A stretch of DNA of 64,000 nt, taken from a virus. The position numbers and the translations under genes are program-made. The stretch lies in IMG/VR virus record IMGVR_UViG_3300028374_000796; one strand, 5' to 3'. The first letter of the stretch is position 1; each line of letters begins with the position of its first letter. The notes below the pieces were generated by a model, which worked only from the letters and a program-made list of their open reading frames with translations, had not been told where the DNA came from and searched no databases. Of this stretch, positions 9,756 to 19,475 are shown piece after piece.

Positions 9756-12194
9756 TCACTCGTCCTGATCTTCATCGTCTCCCATATCATGTTCTTCTAC
9801 CATGATATCGTCATCGCTTACCTTACCCGCCTTCTTAAAACCTTTGGAGAAGGAAGCAACTTGCTTAACGATCTCCTGGAAATCATCGGGATTTTCCAAT
9901 AGATATTCACGAAGGTTTTCCTTACCTTGTTGCTTGACTTCTTCGCCTTGCGCGTTGGTGAACGTGTACCAAGCTCCACCTCTCTGTAGGACATTTCGAG
10001 AGTCTGCGATGTCAATAACAGAACGGACATTATCAATACCCTCTCCATAGCGGATTACGAACTCCCCACTATGTCCCTGATGCCGACTAACTTTGTTCTT
10101 GACATTCTTGGCACGAACAATATTGGAAATAGGCTGCTTGTCACTTTTACCTGTCATCTCATTTTCAACCTGAGAATATTCAGTTCTGCAACGTTTGACC
10201 ATCAGTCTCAGAGAAGCATAGTATTTGAGAGCACGCCCTCCACTAGTTTCTTCGTCAGGACCCGTATCATACATGGAAGTCTTGATTCTTGACCTCAACT
10301 GATTGATATAAATTAGAGCAGTTCCGCTTTCCTCAATCCCTTTTACAATCTTGGGAAGAAAGGAACTCTGGAGACGGGCAATGTGACCAAGCTGACCTGT
10401 AGAAGAAACGTCGTTATCTTCAATGTCTTTTTGGGGCTTCATAGCAGCCACAGAGTCAACGATAATTAAATCAACCCCACTCTCTGCCATCGCCTTGATG
10501 ATCTCGGCACCTTCCTCCCAGTGAAGAGGCTGGACCAATAGAAAGTTTTCACTTTGGATATCCAAACCCAAATCCGCAGCATAAGTAGGAGCGAAAGCGT
10601 GCTCATAATCTAGAAAACAAACAGACCCTCCTTCTTTCTGACATTGAATGGCAGTGTGAATGGCAACCGTGGTATTATGACTAATGAATCCATTGGACCA
10701 GAACGAGTGAGTTTCTGGAAGGCTCACGTCGAAAGTGGGAACATCTTCTTCGGTATCAATAGAGACAACAGGGGAAAAGAAATAGTCCTTATCCAAAAGA
10801 TCCTGCAACTGGCGCGCTACTCTCATCCCTTCTGGATTAGTTCGACCCTCTAAAACTTCCAATATAGAAGCTAGACGAGTTCGGGAAGGATTAGCTCTTC
10901 CTGACATATAGTCACCAAAGAGACGATTATCGCTTCTATTGGTTCCCTCAGTATGAGTATAAAGAGTTTTCAGAAGACCACTAATATTAGGTACGCCGTC
11001 AACATTGGAATTGAAAGGTCGATCACTAAAATTAGCAATAGACTCTTTTCGTTGTTCCGAAATGAATCCAATCTCTTCTGCATATCGAGAGGCATATTCT
11101 CCTGCCCAGGTCAATCTCCAATAGTCATTATCCGGGTAGTTTTTCACCTTCTTCTCACTGAGGACACTAAGGTATCCCATAGAAAGGAGAATCAATTGAA
11201 CTTGATCCAAAAGCTCTTTGCTAGCAGAAGTTACTTCGATAGCTCTCTTAGTAGAGTCAATATGGCATTCTAAGTCCACATAAGCTCTCAGAAACGCTTC
11301 CTGAACTTTGCGAGTACCTTGACGTACGCAAAAGGGAACTTCCTTTTCAGAAGCTACCACGTAGTCCAGACCATATTTGGTTGCTACCTTATCTCTAAGA
11401 GATGTAGAATTGATATGATGGTCAATTGTATCGGAATCAGATTTGGAATAGGAAAGGATCGGGGTAGAGGACCCAAATAGATTCTTAGTAATCTGATAAT
11501 AATCCGAAATAATGTCTTCGTCGCTATTGGAAAAACCAATGCGATCTTCAGAAGTAAGGGAACCGTCCGCTACCAAGTATCCCAACCAGCGAGATTCTTC
11601 TTCTGAGATTTCACATTTGGAAGGAAAATTTCCTTTGGACATTAGGACCAAAGCATCTCCTACTCTAATATCTTCTGCATTCTTCCAGACGATATTTCCT
11701 TCAGGGGACATAACTCTGAGAGGATGATTTCCAGTTACTCCAACTTTCATTCCCAGTTGGTTCTGGATGTCAAAGACTTTCTGTTCACCATTCCAGGTCA
11801 AATGAGAAGTGGATTCCATTTCGCCATTTTCATTTAGAAGACGAACTTCGTGTTCTTCGATCTTCTCAGTAGTTTCGATAGGCTTTCCGCATTTCTCGAA
11901 AAGTTCTTCGATAGTAAGCATTCCATATTCGGAATGAACGTAAGTGCCCGCACGGACGCATTTTCCCGAGCCTTCTGGGCCGAAGATCTCAGTGATCCTC
12001 CCCCTTGGGATTCCAGGACACCTCTTCTCACCGCCTTCGGTTCGATATCCACCAATAAGGTAATCTAACACAATAGAACCCGTAGGAATGCAAGGAATTG
12101 GCTCTGTGCCATCCCCCATTTCTACAACGGATTTTTTCATGTCAACAATTTTACTTTTCTTTAGGGATTTGAGAGCTTTTTGAAGATTGCTCAT
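9756..12194 (-). CDS. recA: RecA recombinase containing an intein
   Basis: IPTGSIVLD, GRITEIFGPEGSGK|intein|TT, FLDYEHA, IIVDSVAA, INQLR, GGRALKYYASLR, KNKV, GAWY. Confidence 0.95.
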   Translation of the reverse strand: MSNLQKALKSLKKSKIVDMKKSVVEMGDGTEPIPCIPTGSIVLDYLIGGYRTEGGEKRCPGIPRGRITEIFGPEGSGKCVRAGTYVHSEYGMLTIEELFEKCGKPIETTEKIEEHEVRLLNENGEMESTSHLTWNGEQKVFDIQNQLGMKVGVTGNHPLRVMSPEGNIVWKNAEDIRVGDALVLMSKGNFPSKCEISEEESRWLGYLVADGSLTSEDRIGFSNSDEDIISDYYQITKNLFGSSTPILSYSKSDSDTIDHHINSTSLRDKVATKYGLDYVVASEKEVPFCVRQGTRKVQEAFLRAYVDLECHIDSTKRAIEVTSASKELLDQVQLILLSMGYLSVLSEKKVKNYPDNDYWRLTWAGEYASRYAEEIGFISEQRKESIANFSDRPFNSNVDGVPNISGLLKTLYTHTEGTNRSDNRLFGDYMSGRANPSRTRLASILEVLEGRTNPEGMRVARQLQDLLDKDYFFSPVVSIDTEEDVPTFDVSLPETHSFWSNGFISHNTTVAIHTAIQCQKEGGSVCFLDYEHAFAPTYAADLGLDIQSENFLLVQPLHWEEGAEIIKAMAESGVDLIIVDSVAAMKPQKDIEDNDVSSTGQLGHIARLQSSFLPKIVKGIEESGTALIYINQLRSRIKTSMYDTGPDEETSGGRALKYYASLRLMVKRCRTEYSQVENEMTGKSDKQPISNIVRAKNVKNKVSRHQGHSGEFVIRYGEGIDNVRSVIDIADSRNVLQRGGAWYTFTNAQGEEVKQQGKENLREYLLENPDDFQEIVKQVASFSKGFKKAGKVSDDDIMVEEHDMGDDEDQDE
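10674..11960 (-). mobile_element. Intein (429 aa) with LAGLIDADG homing endonuclease in the RecA P-loop
   Basis: Begins CVRAGT after GSGK; block B VTGNHP; LGYLVADG and FLRAYVDLE motifs; ends TFDVSLPETHSFWSNGFISHN|T. Confidence 0.93.
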
Positions 12195-12287
12195 AATATT
12201 CCTCGTTTCGTTTTAGTTCTGTGATGGGTTCTTGACTTTTGCTGTCATTACCCTTAACGTATTAGACCTATCTAAATATGCCAATCT

Positions 12288-12953
12288 TTATTCATCATCT
12301 TTATCAGTATCATAAAGATAATCATATTTAGATGTGTCTAGTTGATAATGCTTGTCTCCTTCTTGATAGATAATTCCCACTTTATCTACCCTTCCGGTAT
12401 CCTGTTTAGTTACAGTCTTAGCAAACATGTGGTGTTCTCGGGGAGTCAAGTCTTCTTCTTCGATTTCTTCTAAAAGAAAGAGCCTAAATCTCCATGCAAG
12501 CCAACCAATAATAATAGCATCTGCAATATTATGGTTCATTCTAGTTTGAGCATCTAAAAGCATCTTAGCTGCATCTACCATATCGCTTTTGAACATTTTT
12601 CCGGAATCGTCTAAAATACCTCTAGCATACGATTTAATTCTTGTGGGAAGAAACGTTGCAAAAGGGATTCGATGATTAAAACAGATCTCAGAAAATGAGA
12701 TCCAAATAGGGTATAGACCTGCGGACCATGAAGCATTATGAGGAGGTATTTCAATCCCAACATAGTCGGGCTTGTATTTCTCTACTACTTCCTTTATTCC
12801 TTCTCTTAGCTTGGCATAGCGAACAACAAAAAACTCTTTGGACTTCGTTTTAATACGGCCAGAATCAATGAGACGATCCTCACCTTGTTTGGACATATCA
12901 AGTACCGCCCATCCAGTGTCCGTTAAACTTGGGTCTATCCCCATTACGATCAT
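12288..12953 (-). CDS. ruvC: RuvC-like Holliday junction resolvase
   Basis: MGIDPSLTDTGW, VGIE, K..M and NIADA acidic catalytic pattern. Confidence 0.85.
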   Translation of the reverse strand: MIVMGIDPSLTDTGWAVLDMSKQGEDRLIDSGRIKTKSKEFFVVRYAKLREGIKEVVEKYKPDYVGIEIPPHNASWSAGLYPIWISFSEICFNHRIPFATFLPTRIKSYARGILDDSGKMFKSDMVDAAKMLLDAQTRMNHNIADAIIIGWLAWRFRLFLLEEIEEEDLTPREHHMFAKTVTKQDTGRVDKVGIIYQEGDKHYQLDTSKYDYLYDTDKDDE

Positions 12954-12964
12954 AAATCAGATCC

Positions 12965-13219
12965 TCATAACTTCCTGAAAGCTTTGCTAAACAGGTTAGG
13001 TTGGTTTCGGCGTTCCCACTCTTCCCTCATAAGGTCAACGACCTTGTGTGTAGGATGAAAGGGGAACTCTCTTTCCTCATAAGAATCTTCCAGTGCCGAA
13101 ACTGTCTGATTATATAGCTCTTTATCAGATATCGCAGCGAAGCGAAGCCTCTTATTGTACTCTTCTTTTAGATGATTAAGATGAGAAGGGTTGGTCGCGT
13201 TTAGTATCGTTTTGGGCAT
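12965..13219 (-). CDS. Hypothetical protein
   Basis: 84-aa ORF in the operon. Confidence 0.65.
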   Translation of the reverse strand: MPKTILNATNPSHLNHLKEEYNKRLRFAAISDKELYNQTVSALEDSYEEREFPFHPTHKVVDLMREEWERRNQPNLFSKAFRKL

Positions 13220-13259
13220 AATAGTGGCCCCTCGTATTTGTTTTAGGATAAAAGAAAAA

Positions 13260-13282
13260 GGGGAACCCGGTGCGGGCTCCCC
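13260..13282 (-). terminator. Terminator
   Basis: GGGGAACCCG-GTG-CGGGCTCCCC hairpin followed by CTTTTTCTTTT on the minus strand. Confidence 0.65.
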
Positions 13283-13300
13283 TTAAGAGTAAACTTTAGC

Positions 13301-13969
13301 TTACTCAATTCCCGCCATCAGGTCGTCATAATCAACGTCTGAGGAGGCATCTGGGGCAGGTGAAACATCGTCCCCAAAGTGGTCCTTCAATTCGTCAATT
13401 GGAACTTCTCTCCCGATAGAGAGACGATCTTCCATCGCCTCGACAGTTTCGAGAATCTCCTGACGGAGTGTATCTCGTTGCTGCCAAATTGCTTCTTTTG
13501 GCGAAATTCGGAAAGTTAATTTCTGAAAGGTGTCATCCTCGCAGTCGACTTTCAGATCATATTTGGTAAGAGGGAAGTCCCCATGTAGATTTGCCATCTT
13601 ACGGTATTTATCTTCCCCGAAAGTCCATGGCTTAACATCGTACTCAAAAGGCTTAATAGGATTGCCTTGTCGATCCGTGCGATATTGCACGATAAAGGTT
13701 CCAATTTTTCTTTTGGGGGGTCCCAACTTAGATCGAAGGTAATCATTATCTAGGATATATCCTTTACCCTTAACATAATGAATCTCCTCTGCTACCATCT
13801 TTGGAGTATCCTCGTCACTCATTCTCAATTCGCCGGTTTGTTCATCCTTGTAAAACCAGCAAAACGAAATGAGGTCGGTTCTGTTACGCTCTCCTCGATA
13901 GTATTCAATGTCTCCACCAGACATAATCTTTTTGTCGTTTTTTCCAAATCCAATCAAATTGCTACTCAT
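13301..13969 (-). CDS. Probable single-stranded DNA-binding protein
   Basis: Aromatic-rich core, DLKVDCEDDTFQKLTF, acidic C-terminus (DVDYDDLMAGIE); located among recombination genes. Confidence 0.6.
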   Translation of the reverse strand: MSSNLIGFGKNDKKIMSGGDIEYYRGERNRTDLISFCWFYKDEQTGELRMSDEDTPKMVAEEIHYVKGKGYILDNDYLRSKLGPPKRKIGTFIVQYRTDRQGNPIKPFEYDVKPWTFGEDKYRKMANLHGDFPLTKYDLKVDCEDDTFQKLTFRISPKEAIWQQRDTLRQEILETVEAMEDRLSIGREVPIDELKDHFGDDVSPAPDASSDVDYDDLMAGIE

Positions 13970-14186
13970 GGTTCATCTCCACGAAATGTGACTTTGCTAG
14001 GTTAGGACGGGGCATAGTATGCAGGTCTTTACCATTGCTTATTCACTTGTTTTTTATTATCCTCTTTCGAGGCTGACCAACCTTTTGTTGGTCTATTATA
14101 GTAACTATCAACACTTAATTGATATTCACTTTTTATGACTTTTTTTACACTTTATTTTAGTGTCATGTTGGAAGTCACTTCAGGGA

Positions 14187-14450
14187 TCAGACTTCTTCTG
14201 TTTCCGCATCTTCTTCAGAATTTTGATCTTCTACGCAACATGCGAGTCGAAGATCAACATTTACGGGGTCTTGCTCTCCCTTAGAGATAGCAAGGACTTC
14301 GCCCCTGGCTGCGTGAGCAGCTTTCTTAACTGTCATAAGAGCTTTGCGTGCTCTAGTAGCAGAAACCTTCGTCTTAGCCGAGTAGGCGTCTCTAAGGTCG
14401 TCTGCTGCTTCTTCGAGTGCTTCGATCAATTGTTCCACTGATGTTGCCAT
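14187..14450 (-). CDS. Histone H1-like (Hc1-family-like) small protein
   Basis: KVSATRARKALMTVKKAAHAARGE resembles the Hc1 core (xKAAxxRxRxxxxxLxKxxKxxR); acidic tail. Confidence 0.55.
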   Translation of the reverse strand: MATSVEQLIEALEEAADDLRDAYSAKTKVSATRARKALMTVKKAAHAARGEVLAISKGEQDPVNVDLRLACCVEDQNSEEDAETEEV

Positions 14451-14569
14451 GGTATTACTCCTGTTGTTATTTTAACTTTTCATTATATGCTCTACACAGT
14501 TTCTATGTAAGCACTACCCGAACGATTCAATGACATTCGGATATTCCAAATAAACCTAAAAAACTGCTC

Positions 14570-15283
14570 TTAAATGCCGCTTAGTAGGTCTTCTACATCT
14601 ACTTCATCTTCAAATACGGCAGACGATTCCTTACTGGGATTAGCATCCATCCCTTCCAAAACCGTATCGAAATCCGTATCATCTTTTTCACCTTCGCCCC
14701 CAAACAATTCATCATAATCTTCGGGAACTTCGGAGTTCTCTTCTACGGGCAGCATGGTATCAAGATCAATATCTTCATCCTTCATGGGAGTTGAGGAATC
14801 TGATTGGTCTCCCCAATCTCCACCGATCTTAATCTCGTCCTCTACCAATCTAATTTGAAGTCTTACATCTCTGTTAATATCTTTCAGTTCTCTAAGTTTA
14901 GATTTAATGATCGTTTCTACATGTCCCAAATCCGTCAGGTTGGCATTACAATCATTAATCTCATCTTTGAGATCTTGAAGAAGATCGCCTACTTTGGCTT
15001 CTCGGTCTCTAACCGATGAAAGAGAAGTGACCTTAGTGTCATTAGACATTAAATCATTGGACTTCATTTCATACTCAGCTTCCAACTTTCCAAGTTGTCT
15101 TTCATATTTAAGCTGCTCCCGGCTTACTTCCCGCTCAAACTTCTGAATCGTATTTGTCATATTGCGAGTTTCTGCTACCATGTTGTTTAGAAATTTTGGA
15201 CCCCTTTGAATCGGGTCATAATCTAAATCAACATTGGATTCTTCAATTATTTCAAAAATATCTTCTATGCGTTTATCGTCCAC
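14570..15283 (-). CDS. Coiled-coil protein with acidic tail (possible recombination mediator, UvsY-like)
   Basis: Long heptad region plus D/E-rich C-terminus; function inferred only from context. Confidence 0.6.
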   Translation of the reverse strand: MDDKRIEDIFEIIEESNVDLDYDPIQRGPKFLNNMVAETRNMTNTIQKFEREVSREQLKYERQLGKLEAEYEMKSNDLMSNDTKVTSLSSVRDREAKVGDLLQDLKDEINDCNANLTDLGHVETIIKSKLRELKDINRDVRLQIRLVEDEIKIGGDWGDQSDSSTPMKDEDIDLDTMLPVEENSEVPEDYDELFGGEGEKDDTDFDTVLEGMDANPSKESSAVFEDEVDVEDLLSGI

Positions 15284-15656
15284 TCTCTACCTCCATCGCA
15301 GTTTCTTTCAGGGCGTCGGTATTTACCTCTGATTTCTTCTGCAAATTTTCAATGAGCATCCCATAATTTTTGGACACTGCATTCTGTTCCACCTGAATTT
15401 CTCTGAGATCAACGGATCTTCTAGATCCTAAATCTGCGTACAAATCTTTAGTTACTCGTTCCGCTAAGATAGCCTCTGCCATCCTAGCTTCCTCCATTGA
15501 CCAACCCTCATCTTCACCACACTTAACCGTGTATGAGACGAATGAAGAGCTCTTGATACCACTATTACGGGTTTCAAGGGAAAAGGAAGACGTTATTGTC
15601 TCCACTCTCATGCTATCTTTAATTGTATTGGGGTCTAAAGGTTTTGTAGAAGTCAT
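15273..15656 (-). CDS. Hypothetical protein
   Basis: 127-aa ORF with GAGG RBS, in the operon. Confidence 0.7.
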   Translation of the reverse strand: MTSTKPLDPNTIKDSMRVETITSSFSLETRNSGIKSSSFVSYTVKCGEDEGWSMEEARMAEAILAERVTKDLYADLGSRRSVDLREIQVEQNAVSKNYGMLIENLQKKSEVNTDALKETAMEVESGR

Positions 15657-15719
15657 CTTATCCTCTCGTTATAATTCGTGTAGTGACGCATCACCACAGG
15701 AACGAATGAGAGGGGTTGA

Positions 15720-16537
15720 TTACTTCCCAAAAAGTTCAGAAAGTTCTACTTCTTCGGGGATCTCATCTTCGCTTTCTAAGGGTATATAATGTTCATCTAA
15801 TTGATCATACGTTTCTCTAGTATATTCAGCTAAACGATCTTCTGCTATTTGAGCGTACTCAGGATTCAATTCAATTCCGATCGAGTTTCTACCTAACTTC
15901 TCAGCGACAAGTGCAGTTGTAGCTGCTCCCATGAAAGGGTCTAAGACTGTACAAGGGATAGGTTCATTAGGTTCACATTCGCAAGTAGCTTTCCAACCTT
16001 TTTTAATAACCTGCTCTAAAGGTGCTCCACATTCAACGCAGCATCCACCTGCTGACGTTCCTATCTCGATGCATTTCGTTACTAGTGCTTCGGGTGCCGT
16101 AGCAAAATGAGTGCCCCTGAAAGGCTTTGTGGGGATACACCATACATTGCGTAGATTTCGTTTTGGGGTCATTTCACATTGATCTTCATTTCCTCTAACC
16201 ACATTAGCACCTTTATAGGATAAGCGCGCCTGTCTCTTAAAACCATTTCCAGAAGGAGGGTCACTTACGCTTGCTTCTTTAGCTGCGATATAGTCATAAA
16301 AATATTTGCTTGACTTTGAAAATAGGAACAGATGTTCATGCGCACTTGAAGGACGATCTCGGACTGATTCAGGCATTGGGTTTCCAGCGTAAAGATCAAG
16401 ATCTTTCGTCATTCTAGTAGCTACTTCCGGACTGACTCCGTTATTGATAGCTACTTCATAAACCCTTTGAGCGAAGTCATCTTGACCACTAATTCCTTTG
16501 GCCCATATAATATTTTCCAGCTTTTTTTATCCGTCAC
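15720..16537 (-). pseudogene. Internally deleted, frameshifted paralog of the 5597-7039 DNA methyltransferase
   Basis: GTG at 16537 reads MTDKKSWKILYG (paralog MTKKDWKILVG). A different frame then reads WAKGISGQDDF...MPESVRDR...VLDPFMGAATT. The SPPY region is missing. Confidence 0.8.
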
Positions 16538-16907
16538 TTGAACCTTCCGGGTTTAGCATGTGTTCTAGTACCTCAATACTTCTTTTGGTATTAGACGGAG
16601 TGTCGCGCTTTCCGATCCGGTCCATTAACCCTTCAACCACTTCTGAAAAATTAGGGTGTCTTTCACCTTCAGAACTCACAGAATACCAATGACTATACCC
16701 CTCCCTATCCCTATAAAGGGAACCTCCAAATAATTGGAGAGATCCTGCCCAGGTTTGTGAAGCGATGTGAAAATCTAAACTGAACTTAACTAACTGGTCC
16801 AGTGTTACATTATATATTTCTATATTACTAAATTCTAGGTTTTCTTCTATTGTTACTCTACAGTTAGGATAGTGATCTTCCCTGTAGTTTTTGATCCTAT
16901 CTTTCAT
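16527..16907 (-). CDS. Hypothetical protein
   Basis: 126 aa, GAGG RBS. Confidence 0.7.
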   Translation of the reverse strand: MKDRIKNYREDHYPNCRVTIEENLEFSNIEIYNVTLDQLVKFSLDFHIASQTWAGSLQLFGGSLYRDREGYSHWYSVSSEGERHPNFSEVVEGLMDRIGKRDTPSNTKRSIEVLEHMLNPEGSSDG

Positions 16908-16913
16908 TTTCCC

Positions 16914-19136
16914 TCACTTGATAAGTTTTCTTAATTTCTCTCCGAATGCGGTATTTCTTTGGGACACTTCGTCATTTTGAATTGCTCTTCTCAGCGCCGA
17001 CCATTCCCCGAAAATAAATACCTTCTTTTTGGCTCGGGTAACCGCAGTATAAAGTAGGTTTCTTTGAAGCTGAATGGAGAACTTGCGATGGAAGGGGAAA
17101 ATTACATAGTCATATTCTTGTCCCTGGGCGCGGTGGATTGTGACTGCATATGAGAGCATAAGCAGACCTTTCGCTTTCTCATAAGGTATGTCGAGAAGCC
17201 GGGGAGAAGGCTCATCAAAAAGCTTGGTTCTGATTTTCTTAGCTTTTTTGTCTACCTCATAAATCTTTCCCACTTCTCCATTGAACACATCCAGATTATA
17301 GTCATTTTCCACGATCATTATTCGATCTTCCTCTCGAAAGAACTTGCCCTTACCCAAATTGACTTCTCTTTGACTCTGTCTTGGATTAAGAGACTCTTTA
17401 ATCTTCTCATTTAAAATATCAACTCCCAAAGGACCTTTGTAAGTAGGACTAAATACCTGGAAAGTGGCGTCACCTTTACCCTTGTAAATCTTCTCTACTA
17501 CATGAAGAATCCCCGACACAATTTTATCAGGGTCACTTTCTTCGATGAATCTGAAATCGGTTTTGGAAACCGTTGGGTCCCCAATCAACAGTTCCTTTCC
17601 TTGTTTGATTCTATGAGCGTTAACGACAATATCCGAAGCGCCCTGTTGACGGAAAATTTCGGTTAGATTAACTCTGTGAATTTTTCCGGAGTTAATCATT
17701 TCATGCAAAACATTGCCTGCACCCACTGAGGGTAGTTGATTATCATCCCCCACAAATACCAGAATGGTAGAAGGTTTAAGGGCAGATAACAGATGATACA
17801 TCAAGTTCTGGTCTAACATTGAAATTTCATCAATGAGAACGGCGTCCGTAACATACTTGTTTTTCTCATTGAACTTCCAGCTTCCGTCTGGAGAATATCC
17901 AAGGGTCCTGTGAATGGTACCTGCGTCTTCCCCTACGACGGTAGAGAGTCGTTTAGCAGCAATTCCAGTAGGACTCATCAGTTTGAATTTCTTGCCGCTT
18001 TGTTTGAAAAGGCGGACAAGAGCCTTGGAAACGGTAGTTTTCCCTGTGCCCGGCCCCCCTGTTACTAGCAAAACCTTGTTCTCATTTAAGTCTCTAATAG
18101 CGCTTTCTTGCTCGTCACTAAACTGGAATTTATAAATCCGTTGATATTCTTCAATAAAATCATCGGTATTGATTTTGAGATCGTGGTCGTCGTCACTAAA
18201 TTCTGAGAGCATACGAGCACAGTTCATCTCTACTTCATAATTCCATTTCAGATAGACCCGATCATCTTCCAATACAATTCGGTCTTTTGCCTCTCTTTCT
18301 TTTAGTGCAGCTTCCACATCGTTCTGTCCTAAGAATCTTCCAAAGGGCTCTATACCCTTCTTAGCAGGCATTCGATTAAGAGCCTTGTGTAGACCACTCT
18401 TATTTAGATAAAGGTGCCCTCGTTGCTCTGAGGCCACTGTGATAAGGTATTCAAGGAGGGAAGCGATCCGAAACTCTGAATCGGGTGCAAATCCCATCTG
18501 CAAAGCAATCTTATCTGCGGCAGGAAATGATACGTTTTCAACTAGGGCTAACTCATAAGGATTATTCTGGATAATATCCAGTGTCTTCTCGCCCAATGTA
18601 GCATAAATGCTTTTGACTAAATACGAAGGTAAACCCATTCCCAAAAGAGCCTGAGATACCTTACCAAACATTCGGGCTTGTCTCCATTCCCTAGCAATGG
18701 CTTCTGCTTTCGTATCAGATAGAAAATCTAAATCCCGCAAAGCGTCAGGTTCATTATCAAGGATATCAAATACTTCATCCTCCCCGAAGTGCCCAACGAT
18801 CTTACCTGCTACAACAGGACCCACTGAGGGCAACTGTGCTGCAATATAACCTTCTTTGGCTTCTCGACCGTCATAGATAGGTTCATAGGATTCTGCTTTA
18901 AACGTATATCCATATTTCGGGTGTTTTTCCCACTCTCCTTTAACTTTTATTTCAACTCCAGGATAGATACGAGGGCTGAAAAAATAGCCTTTGATCTTGG
19001 CATTTTTACCATTACCTGCATCAAGGTTGAGAGCCTGAAAAATATAAAAGTCCGAATCCTTATCTGAAAAGTAAACTTTAGTTACTCGGGCGCGAAAAGA
19101 TTTGGTACGGGTTTGTGATAGGCTGGAAAAATTCAT
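16914..19136 (-). CDS. recD2: RecD2-like SF1B helicase
   Basis: N-terminal OB and HhH domains (LPSVGPVVA, NPYEL..V..VSFPAADKIA); GGPGTGKT, APT-like SPTGIAA, IDE, GDDNQLPSVG, YAVTIHRAQG, LLYTAVTRAK. Confidence 0.92.
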   Translation of the reverse strand: MNFSSLSQTRTKSFRARVTKVYFSDKDSDFYIFQALNLDAGNGKNAKIKGYFFSPRIYPGVEIKVKGEWEKHPKYGYTFKAESYEPIYDGREAKEGYIAAQLPSVGPVVAGKIVGHFGEDEVFDILDNEPDALRDLDFLSDTKAEAIAREWRQARMFGKVSQALLGMGLPSYLVKSIYATLGEKTLDIIQNNPYELALVENVSFPAADKIALQMGFAPDSEFRIASLLEYLITVASEQRGHLYLNKSGLHKALNRMPAKKGIEPFGRFLGQNDVEAALKEREAKDRIVLEDDRVYLKWNYEVEMNCARMLSEFSDDDHDLKINTDDFIEEYQRIYKFQFSDEQESAIRDLNENKVLLVTGGPGTGKTTVSKALVRLFKQSGKKFKLMSPTGIAAKRLSTVVGEDAGTIHRTLGYSPDGSWKFNEKNKYVTDAVLIDEISMLDQNLMYHLLSALKPSTILVFVGDDNQLPSVGAGNVLHEMINSGKIHRVNLTEIFRQQGASDIVVNAHRIKQGKELLIGDPTVSKTDFRFIEESDPDKIVSGILHVVEKIYKGKGDATFQVFSPTYKGPLGVDILNEKIKESLNPRQSQREVNLGKGKFFREEDRIMIVENDYNLDVFNGEVGKIYEVDKKAKKIRTKLFDEPSPRLLDIPYEKAKGLLMLSYAVTIHRAQGQEYDYVIFPFHRKFSIQLQRNLLYTAVTRAKKKVFIFGEWSALRRAIQNDEVSQRNTAFGEKLRKLIK

Positions 19137-19283
19137 TTAGTGACCATTACCTGTGAGATCTTATTGGAGATGTTAAAAATATCTAATTCTTTAACGCTTT
19201 AGAAAGGGATCCTGTTCCAAAAAAGGGTGAAGACCTTTTCCAGATCTCCACCCTTCTTATCCCCTCATTCCTGTAGTTAAATC

Positions 19284-19475
19284 TTAACGAGAAACACTTA
19301 CACTTGTACTTGTATTTGGAGGTACCAAAAAGTCTTGACCCAGATAATAGACCGTACCCTGTCCAAGTGAATCCGCAATGGCCATTTGAACATCAGCATC
19401 TTTATGAAGACGTAAATATTCCAAATAGGTGGGAGTCAACTGTGTTCTAATGGCTTCGATACCTTCTGCTCCTTT
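19284..19475 (-). pseudogene. Startless 63-codon gene fragment, possibly an SPFH/band-7-type C-terminus
   Basis: Open frame KGAEGIEAIRTQLTPTYLEYLRLHKDADVQMAIADSLGQGTVYYLGQDFLVPP..., in frame immediately after the RNA ligase TAA. Confidence 0.45.
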
